Assembly: GCA_947488215.1 (NCBI GenBank)
Contig: CANLBD010000002.1
Span: forward strand, 1-49,523
Reading direction: 5' to 3'
DNA length: 49,523 nucleotides
Source: Myxococcales bacterium
Lineage (GTDB): Bacteria > Myxococcota_A > Bradymonadia > UBA7976 > UBA1532
Part shown: piece after piece, positions 37,814-46,133 of the stretch
Layout: each line of letters opens with the position of its first letter
Numbering within the stretch: position 1 is the stretch's first letter
Translations under genes and position numbers: made by a program
The notes under the pieces: generated by a model
Database searches by the model: none
What the model was told of the DNA's origin: nothing
The model's input: the letters and a program-made list of their open reading frames with translations, nothing else

Positions 37814-37830
37814 GCGCACGATGCTCGGCC
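37808..37830 (+). terminator. Stem-loop over the stop codon of the small ORF
   Basis: GGCTGAGC-GCACGAT-GCTCGGCC, an 8-bp stem with one G-U pair and no U-tract. Confidence 0.35.
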
Positions 37831-37940
37831 GCCGTTGCGTGGCCGACCTGACCGACCGGCGCCTCAAGCGCCTCAATAGGGCCCGCGGTGGCCCGGGCGC
37901 CTGAGCAAGTCAGACGCGCGGTCCCAGCAGGAGACGCCAC

Positions 37941-40900
37941 TCAGGGCGCCTGAACGTCCCACACGTTGACGAGCGGCCCGAACTCCTCGCAGCGCCCGTT
38001 CGCGCCGTCGCGCGCGACGTCCGTCGGGCGCACCCACAGCGAGTAATCGATGCGCTTGTCGCCGTCGTTGATGGTGACGTCTCCCGAGACCAGCACGACC
38101 ACGCTCGCGTCGGTCGCGCCGCCTCGAATGACCATGCACTCCGAGTTCGCCTGCCGGTTCGGATCGGGGTTCTCTTGTAAGTCGACGGCGATGCCCTCGT
38201 CGTCCAAGAGCAGGTACGACAGCAGGGCGGAGCCGTCCGTGAAGCGCGAGTAGCTGAGGTGCACCGTGCGGTCCTCGCCGGCGGGCACCAGCAGCCGGTA
38301 GTTGTCACCGAGGCCGAGGCTGCGCTCGTCGTTCATGTTCGCGCGGTCGGCGCAGAGCCAGCCGTCGCAGACCGCCGCTTCGCCCGCACCCAAGTCGGTC
38401 GCGCTCGCCACGTCGTCGTTGTCGCCGAGCTGCTCACGCCAGTCGGGCGCGCAGGTGTCACCGGGCGGCGTCACGCTGATGGCCAGATTGTAGCTGTTCT
38501 CTTGGGATGCGTCCGCGCCGGAGACCAGGACGTAGTAGTCACCTGCGTCGACGATGTCCTTTTGCACGTCGAGCGCCTCGGGAGAGCCGTTGTGCGCGCT
38601 GAGCTGGGTCGCGATGCGGCACCGCGACGCGATGCAGTAGCCCTCGTTGTCCTCGAGGACCCGGTTGTTGTTGGCATCGCAGTCGTTGTCGGTACGGCAG
38701 CCGCAGAAGCGCTGCGCGCCCTGCAGGCAGACGCCCGGCGCGCCTGCACGGCGGCACGCGAGGTCGTCTTGGCAAGCGACGTCGTCGGCCGCGTTCGTCA
38801 CCGAGGTGTAGAGGCGCAGGTCAAGGTTGCCCGCGGCCGGTGCGAAGGCGTTCGTCGAGACGCAGATGCGAGAGCGCGGCTCTTGTACCGAGAAGCGGTA
38901 CCAATCCTTGTCGCCCACGTTGTCAGGCACATTGCAGACGAGGCCGTTGTCGTACTCGAAGCGGGTGTTCGCACCGGGGAGCGCATCGAGGGCCGTCGCC
39001 GAGGTCGCGGCGTCGTTGCGCAGCGCGCCCGGGCCCACTTCGGCGCGGTCGGCGCCGCACATCGCGCTCGGGTCGATGCGGATGGTCAAGCGGTAGGGGT
39101 CTGCCGAGCCCGCGCCGACAGCGCGGACGCGCACGAAGTAATCGCCTGGCTGAGCGCCGTTGAACACCGCCGGTTCGGCGCTCCCGGCCGCGCCCATGAG
39201 GCCGCCCGTACCCCGCACGTTGCCGTCCACTGCACCGATGATCTCGACGACGGCCGTGCCCGCGAGGGCATCGCTCGTTGCTGTGATCTGGATCTGGTCG
39301 CCGTCGTCAGCACGGAAGCGGTAGAGGTCGGTTTCCTGGGCGCACAGCGCGAGATCAAGCGGGATGGCGAGCTCCGCGCCTCGGCGCAGGCGGCCGTTCA
39401 TCGTCACGCCCGGGAGCGCGTCGAGGTTCGCGTTCGCGCCGACGGCGTTGATGACGTCGTTCGGCTCGGCCGCGTCCTCTCGGCACGCCTGACCCGGCTG
39501 CAGCAGGCGCACGCACAGGTCGTAGTTGTCGATCACGACGTTGTCCGTCTCGCCCCGCAGGCGAATGAGCCACGGCTCGTCCGACAGACCGACCGTGTCG
39601 CGCGGCACATCAATCTCGTAGAGCGTGCGACCCTGCGGCGTCACCATGCCCGCGGCGGTCGCGTAGTTGGGGTTCGCGAGGCCGTTCCGTGTACGCGACG
39701 CTTGGTAGGTCTCCACGACGGCGTCCCCGTTCACGAGGCCGTCGACCGAGAGCTGGAGCGAGAAGCCGGCGTTCACGCTCGAACCCGGGAAGCTGAACCA
39801 GTCTTCGTCGCCGTTGCAGGCGCTGCCGTTGAAGCAGAAGAGCTCGTCCCCCACGCCGTCCCAGTTGATGGGCTGCGCGTTGTCCTGGTTGTTGAAGCCG
39901 CCGCCGTTGTTCGCCTCCTCCGAAAGGTCGGGGAAGCAGGCGTCGTTGATGGCGTCGATCACAACGACGCGCAGCGTGTACGACTGCGACACGGCATCGT
40001 CCGACGAGACCTCGACGAAGTAGTCGTCCGGAACGCGGAAACCCATGCCTGCAGCGGGGTACTGAATCCGCTTCGGGGACCCCAGGTCATTCAGCGCTGC
40101 CAGCTCGGTCACCTCGTCGCGGTCGATCAGGCGCAGACGCATATCGCCGACGCCGGCGTCGAACTCGAGCGTGACCTGCACCCGATACCCCTGAAGCATC
40201 GGGATCGCGTACACATCGGGGTTGCCGCCGCACAGGAGCGCGCCGCGCACCTCGGCGCGATTGTTGACGAGCTGGAGCGCAGTCGCGGTCGCAGGGCTGT
40301 CGTTCGGTGGGTCGGTCTCATCGTCGCGGCAGCCCACGACGCAGCGTCCGCCGTCCGCTGCTGGCGCGCAGAACTCATCGAGTGTGCAGTCGTCGCTCGA
40401 CCCGCAGAAGTCGCGGCAGTAGAAGCCCACCGGGTCGCAGTACGCGCCGTTCGGGCAGCTTGCGTCCGCCTCACAGCCAGACACGCAGTCGCGCTGGTTG
40501 TTGCAGACCTCGCCCGCGCCGCAAGAGCTCGGATCTTGGCGGCAGCCCTCCGAGCAGACGCCCGCGGCGGTGTCGCAGAAGCGGCCTTCGGGGCACTCAG
40601 CGTCCGTCTGACACGCCTGGCCGGCCGCGCACTGACGTGTGGCCGGGTCGCAGACCTGGCCCGCAGGGCAGGCGTTCGGATCGTCTGTGCGGCAGCCCAG
40701 CGCGCACAGGCCGAGGTCGCTGCAGAAACGGTCGCCCTCGCAGTTTGCGTCAGACTCGCAGCGCGGCCCGCAGGGGTTGGGCTCGCAGCTTGTCAAGCTG
40801 TCGATCGCGACCCCTTCGCCGCAGGCTGCAGCGTCCTGCACGACGCCGCAGGTCGTCAGCTGGTCGCCCGAGCAGCACACGACAGCGGCGACGCATGCGC

Positions 40901-41360
40901 GAGTCGCGGCGTCGCACACTTGTCCCGCGTCGCAGGAGTTTGGTTCGGTCCGGCAGCCTTCGACGCACGCCTTGGCGCCCACATCGCAGTACTGCCCGTC
41001 GGGGCAGCCAATGTCCGCTGAGCAGCCGCCGCACAGCCGCGTCGAAGCGTCGCACAGTTGGCCCTCGGGGCAGCTCGCGTCGTCGCGACAGCCTCGGGTA
41101 CAGGTGCCCGTCAGGTCGTTCTCATCCGCGCGGGCGCAGTACTCGTTCGGCGCGCAGACGGCGTCCTCGGTGCACTCGACGGTCGGCATCGTGCCGCCCG
41201 TCGGGCCCATATCGCCCATGTCGGCCTCTTCGCACCCGAACAGCCCGCAGCTCGCGTCGGGTGTCTGCGTGAGGCGCCTGCCGCCGCTGCTGTCGGAGCA
41301 CGCTGCGCTGGCCACTGCGAGCGCGAGGAGGCCGAGTCGCTTCAAGTTCAACATCGCCAT
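37941..41360 (-). CDS. Large Cys-rich lipoprotein with multiple PPC-like beta-sandwich domains
   Basis: LALAVASAA-C lipobox; about 9 C-x5-C-x5-C-type repeats; then repeated (D/E)..EPND-like...C..D.D.Y/F modules. ATG 41360 follows GGGGG. Confidence 0.8.
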   Translation of the reverse strand: MAMLNLKRLGLLALAVASAACSDSSGGRRLTQTPDASCGLFGCEEADMGDMGPTGGTMPTVECTEDAVCAPNEYCARADENDLTGTCTRGCRDDASCPEGQLCDASTRLCGGCSADIGCPDGQYCDVGAKACVEGCRTEPNSCDAGQVCDAATRACVAAVVCCSGDQLTTCGVVQDAAACGEGVAIDSLTSCEPNPCGPRCESDANCEGDRFCSDLGLCALGCRTDDPNACPAGQVCDPATRQCAAGQACQTDAECPEGRFCDTAAGVCSEGCRQDPSSCGAGEVCNNQRDCVSGCEADASCPNGAYCDPVGFYCRDFCGSSDDCTLDEFCAPAADGGRCVVGCRDDETDPPNDSPATATALQLVNNRAEVRGALLCGGNPDVYAIPMLQGYRVQVTLEFDAGVGDMRLRLIDRDEVTELAALNDLGSPKRIQYPAAGMGFRVPDDYFVEVSSDDAVSQSYTLRVVVIDAINDACFPDLSEEANNGGGFNNQDNAQPINWDGVGDELFCFNGSACNGDEDWFSFPGSSVNAGFSLQLSVDGLVNGDAVVETYQASRTRNGLANPNYATAAGMVTPQGRTLYEIDVPRDTVGLSDEPWLIRLRGETDNVVIDNYDLCVRLLQPGQACREDAAEPNDVINAVGANANLDALPGVTMNGRLRRGAELAIPLDLALCAQETDLYRFRADDGDQIQITATSDALAGTAVVEIIGAVDGNVRGTGGLMGAAGSAEPAVFNGAQPGDYFVRVRAVGAGSADPYRLTIRIDPSAMCGADRAEVGPGALRNDAATSATALDALPGANTRFEYDNGLVCNVPDNVGDKDWYRFSVQEPRSRICVSTNAFAPAAGNLDLRLYTSVTNAADDVACQDDLACRRAGAPGVCLQGAQRFCGCRTDNDCDANNNRVLEDNEGYCIASRCRIATQLSAHNGSPEALDVQKDIVDAGDYYVLVSGADASQENSYNLAISVTPPGDTCAPDWREQLGDNDDVASATDLGAGEAAVCDGWLCADRANMNDERSLGLGDNYRLLVPAGEDRTVHLSYSRFTDGSALLSYLLLDDEGIAVDLQENPDPNRQANSECMVIRGGATDASVVVLVSGDVTINDGDKRIDYSLWVRPTDVARDGANGRCEEFGPLVNVWDVQAP

Positions 41361-41391
41361 GTTTTCCCCCAAGTTTGACTGATTGGCGCGC

Positions 41392-44300
41392 TCAGCGTCG
41401 CGAAACGAACGCAAGCAGAGCGCGTGAGCGCCGCGCGTTCGCGAACAGGAGCTCACTGAGAGATTCGTCGACATGCCGCAGCGCATTCCCCGACGAAACG
41501 AGCAGGCCACCCGTCGGATAGACGTCCGTGGGAACGGGCGCGATGGCTGAGCCGGTGACATCGCCGTCCACGGTGGCCGAGTCTCCTGCGTCGCCCGACC
41601 AAGCGGCCACGCCCACCGAGGTCGCTGCCCACACACCATTCCCGGTCGCGGCCAGGCCCAGAGCGGGGAAGTCGAGCGGCGCGCCGCTGATCAACGCTGC
41701 AGCGGCGTCCGCCTCGAAGTCGCCCGCGTCGAAGGCGAGCACGCGGCGCGCCTTCGCGTCTGCGACGAACACGCGGTCGCTTGACGGGTCGGCGACCACA
41801 TGGGTGAAGACCCCGCCGATGCGACGCTGCGCTCGAAGCGCAGGCTGTCCGCGCTCCGCTGCGGCGACATCGATGACGCGGACCTCGCCGCCCTGAGTGA
41901 CCACGACGAGCCGGTCACCGGCGAGGCCGAAGTCTCCGGCGGGCAGATAGGCCAGCCCTGTCGCACGGCCCATCGCGCCGAGCGGCACTGTGCGCAGTGC
42001 CTTGAGGCGCTCAGCGTCGATGACGGTCACCGAGTCGCTGTCGGCGTTCAGCGCCCAAGCGCGCGACGTCCCGTTGGAGGTCGTGCCTGCGGCGACGTCG
42101 AGACAGCCTAAGCCGGTCCGGATCAGGCGGTCGTAAGACGCCGAGAGCTCGGGGCGGGCAAGGTCGATCACGGCCACGCCGCCGCTGCCGGGCGATGCGG
42201 CAAACACGAAGCGACCGCTCGGATCGGCTGCGAGCCCGCCGACACCGTTCGCCAGTCGGACCTCGTCACGCGGCCGGAACGTCAGGCGCCGGTCATTCGG
42301 GTCGCGACCGTATTCGACGACCCGCAGACGGCCTTCGCCGTCGACGACGCTCGCCGCGACCGCGAAAGGCGTGCCCGCGTCCTCGACGCTGAGCGTGAAG
42401 CTGCGCTCGCGGATGAGGCCGGAGGGCGCGATGACGCGCAGGCGGACCGTGAACTCGCCCGCATCGACGAAGGAGGGTGTCCACTGGATGCGCGCTGTTC
42501 GTCGACCCTCGGGTCCAGCGGGCTCGGTCAGTGTGAATCGAGCGCCCTCGGGGAGCGCGGGCGCCGGGACCTGAACGGGGCCGTCGAACGAGGCGTCGTC
42601 CTGCTGAGCGGCGAAGGCGACCACGTCGATGCTCAGCGCCTCGCCCTCGACGCCCTCGTAGCGGTTCTCAGCGGTCACGCGGGGGAGGGCGCGCGTGACG
42701 TCGACGTTGACCTCCGCCTCGTCCATACCGCCGTCGCCGTCGTCGACCGAGACGCGGATGCGGAAGCGCTGGATACGATCATAGGTGTGCCGAACCACCG
42801 CGCCGCTCAGCACGGTGCCGTCGCCCATGTCCCACGTGATGGTGGGTACGTCGTCCTCGACGTCCACGACGCGGGCCGTGAACGTCTGCTCAACGCCGAT
42901 CTCCAAGCTGCCCTCGGGCAGCGCGATCTCGAGTTGCGGTGCGGCGTTCACGATTTCGACGGTGAACTCTGCGGAGTCTTCGCTGCCGTCCTCGTCTTCG
43001 ACCGTCAGACGCACCAGGAAGGTGCCGTTGTCCGGCCAGGCGTAGTCCAGCGTCGCGAGCCCCGGGCCCTCTCGGACGACGCCGTTCCCCAAGTCCCAGC
43101 GGTAAGTCGTGATGGGGTCTGAAGGCGCCCCCGAGGTGCTCGTCGTCGCGTCGAGGCGCAGCGGCACGCCCTCGACGCCGGTGTTGGTGCCCGGCGGAAA
43201 GAGCACCGCAAAGTCAGCCGCGGGCGAGACGTCGAAGATCGTCACGTTCTTCGTCCCAGGGCGCTCATCGTCCTCGTCTACGGCCGTCAGCGTGACCACG
43301 ACAGCGCCGTCCCGCTCGAAGACGTGCGTCACGTCGCGCTCGTCCGGGCGCTTGTTCACGACCGGTGTGCCATCGCCGAAGCTCCAGCGGAGCGCCCGCA
43401 AAGGGTCTCCGGGTCCGCCTTCGCGGGTGTTGCCCGCCGAGAAGACCAGCGCCTGCCCTTCGACACCCAGTGCAGGGCCGACGACCTCGACGATCGGGTC
43501 GAGGTCTGCGACGACGACCTGCACGGACGCTTCGTCCGTCGAGCCGTTCACGTCCGTGACGGTGACCCGCGTCGTGTAGGTCCCATTGTTCGCATACGTG
43601 TGCGTGGGGCTGCGCTCCACGGGCCCCTCGAGGATCGGCGAGCCGTCCCCAAAGTCCCACGCGAAGCTCACGATGGGGTCGTTCCCACCCGGCGACGCCG
43701 TCACGGCGAAGGCCGTCGGCTGCCCCTCGACTTGGCGCGCGGCGTCGAACACCACGAGGTCGCTGATCGACGGTGGGACGTCGCGTACGACGAGGTCCAC
43801 CGACGCCGAGCAGGTCGAGTCGAGGTCACGCGCCACCAGCGTCACACGATAGGGCCCTGGGGCGTCGAAGACGTAGAGGGCGAAGTCTTGGCCGAAGATG
43901 GACTGGTCGGGCTCTACGCCGGGGCCGGGGAGGTTCTCGAAGTACCAATCAAAGGCGATGATCGGGTCGCTCGGGTGCCCCGCGACCGTGCCTGCGGCGT
44001 CGAAGGTGATCGCCTGACCTTGGTCGACCTCAAGGGCATCCGTGGTGAGGAAGCATGTCGGGTTGACGTCGGTCACGCGGATCACGGCTGAGGCCTCGGC
44101 CGTCGCGCCGTTCCCGGCGGTGACACGCAGGCGGATCGTAAAGACGCCGTCGCCGCGATTCGCCTCGAAGGTCGTCGTCGACTGGGTGCCTTCGCGGGCA
44201 TCGAAGAAGCCGTCGCCGTTCGTGTCCCACTCGTAGCGGACGATGCCGCCGATCTGCGCCGGAGCGTTGCTCCCGCGCGCGTCGAGGACAACCGACCCAC

Positions 44301-45255
44301 CCTGAGCAACCTGCGCGGGCGCAACGAGGACGGCCTCGGGTCGCTGCAGGATCGTAAACCGGCGCGTCGCGCTGACTTGAGCCCCGCCGCACACTGCGGT
44401 GGTCACGCTGAGCGTGTAGTCGCCCGGCTCATCGATGAGGGACCCGGGGATAAAGACGACCTCGGGCTCATTCCCGCGACGCAGGGTCGCGTTGCGGTAG
44501 TCGAGGCAGTCTTGACCCGCGGTGAGGCTGTAGGTCGGGTTCGCAGAGGGCACCGCGTCGCCCTCGGAGACCCCGTCGATGGCGATGACGACGGTCGGAT
44601 CGGCCGGGAATTGTCGCGTTGTGAGCACGACCTCCTGCGCGTTGCCGCAGTTGTCGGCAACCGTATAGATGCGCCGGACGCTGCACCCGTTCGTCACGGT
44701 CCGCAGCTCAATCGACGGCGCAGGGTCCTGAGCGTCCGTCAGGTTGTAGTTCAGCGGAGGCGGGACCATGTTGCAGACGTTGCCGTTCGGCAGGTCACCC
44801 ACCGGCCGCATCGTCGGCGCTGCGCGGTCAAGGCGGAACGACACCACGTCTGACGCGGCGGTCTCGTCCGCGACCTGTCCTTGGACCGTCAGCGTGCGAG
44901 CTGCGCCATCCTGAATCGCGAGCAGGCTGTAAAGATCCGTCTCCTCGGCGACCCCTTCGGCGGCGGGCGTATAGACCGCCACGAACTGCGGGTTCCCGTC
45001 GACCAAGAACGTGAGCGCGATGGGGTCGGGGACTCCGTTGCCGTTGTTCTCTGAGAGGCGAATCCGCGTCGATACGGGCCTCTGCGGCTGCGCGGCTTCG
45101 CCGCCCAGGATGCCTCCGAGGAAGGTCTCGCCGCCGTTGTTCACGCAGGCGCCTGCCGTCGGCGAGAGGATATCGAGGGAGACGACCGCAGGGCCGTTGG
45201 CGAGTGCCAACGACGGCGCGAGGAGACAGGCGGCCAACATCGACGTGCGGAGCAT
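41392..45255 (-). CDS. Large secreted multi-PKD-domain protein with a C-terminal beta-propeller-like region
   Basis: Signal MLRTSMLAACLLAPSLALA; PKD motifs YEWDTNGDG, WDFGDG, WSFGDG, WDLGNG and WDMGDG, with H.Y...G.Y...L.V.D; WTPS..DAG cadherin-like unit; YVTN-like blades (NADSDSVTVID). Confidence 0.85.
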   Translation of the reverse strand: MLRTSMLAACLLAPSLALANGPAVVSLDILSPTAGACVNNGGETFLGGILGGEAAQPQRPVSTRIRLSENNGNGVPDPIALTFLVDGNPQFVAVYTPAAEGVAEETDLYSLLAIQDGAARTLTVQGQVADETAASDVVSFRLDRAAPTMRPVGDLPNGNVCNMVPPPLNYNLTDAQDPAPSIELRTVTNGCSVRRIYTVADNCGNAQEVVLTTRQFPADPTVVIAIDGVSEGDAVPSANPTYSLTAGQDCLDYRNATLRRGNEPEVVFIPGSLIDEPGDYTLSVTTAVCGGAQVSATRRFTILQRPEAVLVAPAQVAQGGSVVLDARGSNAPAQIGGIVRYEWDTNGDGFFDAREGTQSTTTFEANRGDGVFTIRLRVTAGNGATAEASAVIRVTDVNPTCFLTTDALEVDQGQAITFDAAGTVAGHPSDPIIAFDWYFENLPGPGVEPDQSIFGQDFALYVFDAPGPYRVTLVARDLDSTCSASVDLVVRDVPPSISDLVVFDAARQVEGQPTAFAVTASPGGNDPIVSFAWDFGDGSPILEGPVERSPTHTYANNGTYTTRVTVTDVNGSTDEASVQVVVADLDPIVEVVGPALGVEGQALVFSAGNTREGGPGDPLRALRWSFGDGTPVVNKRPDERDVTHVFERDGAVVVTLTAVDEDDERPGTKNVTIFDVSPAADFAVLFPPGTNTGVEGVPLRLDATTSTSGAPSDPITTYRWDLGNGVVREGPGLATLDYAWPDNGTFLVRLTVEDEDGSEDSAEFTVEIVNAAPQLEIALPEGSLEIGVEQTFTARVVDVEDDVPTITWDMGDGTVLSGAVVRHTYDRIQRFRIRVSVDDGDGGMDEAEVNVDVTRALPRVTAENRYEGVEGEALSIDVVAFAAQQDDASFDGPVQVPAPALPEGARFTLTEPAGPEGRRTARIQWTPSFVDAGEFTVRLRVIAPSGLIRERSFTLSVEDAGTPFAVAASVVDGEGRLRVVEYGRDPNDRRLTFRPRDEVRLANGVGGLAADPSGRFVFAASPGSGGVAVIDLARPELSASYDRLIRTGLGCLDVAAGTTSNGTSRAWALNADSDSVTVIDAERLKALRTVPLGAMGRATGLAYLPAGDFGLAGDRLVVVTQGGEVRVIDVAAAERGQPALRAQRRIGGVFTHVVADPSSDRVFVADAKARRVLAFDAGDFEADAAAALISGAPLDFPALGLAATGNGVWAATSVGVAAWSGDAGDSATVDGDVTGSAIAPVPTDVYPTGGLLVSSGNALRHVDESLSELLFANARRSRALLAFVSRR

Positions 45256-45456
45256 GGGGCACCCTTGAACCGTGAGGCTGTCGAGAGCAGATCGCGACGC
45301 GACTCTGAGCGCCGACAGACTAACCCTGAACACTGGAATGATCCAAGTGACGCGACGGCACGTAGAGGGTGTTTCATGGTCGCCGTTTGCGCGTGCGGTC
45401 GATGCGCTGCTATGTGGCTCAGTGGTGCGTTCTCAGGGTTTCCGAAGGAGGCAAGC

Positions 45457-46080
45457 GTGAAAAATGCTGTGGTTGGGGGCGTCGCGGTCGTCGCCGTGGC
45501 GCTGGGGTTGTGGGTCTGGAGCGAGTCGAACCGCTCGACGCCGAAGAGCAACGGCCCCGCGCCGGAGAGCGATGCGCCACGCGCCGTCGAGGCGCTGCCC
45601 GCCTTTGACGCGGGCGTCGCCGCTGTCGACGCGGGTCTGCAGCCCGACGCCGCGCTGACGGCCGAGCGTGTGCGTGAGGCGGGCCTCTTTGGTCGGCCCG
45701 CGACCTGGGTCGATGGTCAATTCCTCAACGGTTCGGGGAGCTGGAAGAAGGTCGCGGACGCGGCCTCGCCGACGTTCACGAACGAGCGCGGCGTCGTCGC
45801 GCGTGTCGTTGTAGAGGGTGACAAGGTGGTCGGCGCCCGGATCGAGTTCCCCAAGACGGCAGCGACCGCGGACGTTCAGACGTTGTCGCCTCAGCTCGTC
45901 GGGTTCCGAACGGCGCTCGACCCGCAGGGCTACCAGATGGCCGACCAGAAGCTCGGCACGCAGAGGTCGGGCGAGTTCACCACGGCCGAGGGGCGCAAGG
46001 TGTACTGGAAGGGCGAGGTCTTCAACGCGACCCCGCCCGCGCGACCCATCTGGATGGAGTATCGACTCTCACCGTTCTGA
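45457..46080 (+). CDS. Hypothetical protein with an N-terminal membrane anchor
   Basis: AAGGAGG RBS then GTG 45457; VVGGVAVVAVALGLWVW; DAG-rich linker. Confidence 0.75.
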   Translation: MKNAVVGGVAVVAVALGLWVWSESNRSTPKSNGPAPESDAPRAVEALPAFDAGVAAVDAGLQPDAALTAERVREAGLFGRPATWVDGQFLNGSGSWKKVADAASPTFTNERGVVARVVVEGDKVVGARIEFPKTAATADVQTLSPQLVGFRTALDPQGYQMADQKLGTQRSGEFTTAEGRKVYWKGEVFNATPPARPIWMEYRLSPF

Positions 46081-46111
46081 CCCGGCGGCGCGCACGGGCG
46101 CCGCGGGGTCA
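46078..46111. terminator. GC-rich hairpin between convergent genes (possible bidirectional terminator)
   Basis: TGACCC-G-GCGGCGC-GCACGG-GCGCCGC-G-GGGTCA: 13-bp stem with one mismatch and no U-tract. Confidence 0.5.
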
Positions 46112-46133
46112 GCGCGGGGATTCGGCCAGGACG

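Noticed and set aside
37830-37940. Several short hairpins suggesting an ncRNA
   Set aside because: The stems are short and GC-only, as expected by chance, and I recognised no RNA family features.
38259-41021. 920-aa + strand ORF, and similar long antisense ORFs (2963-4330, 21594-23216, 31206-33047, 34700-36826)
   Set aside because: These are shadow frames opposite well-supported genes, expected in high-GC DNA with few stop codons. They have no motifs or RBS.
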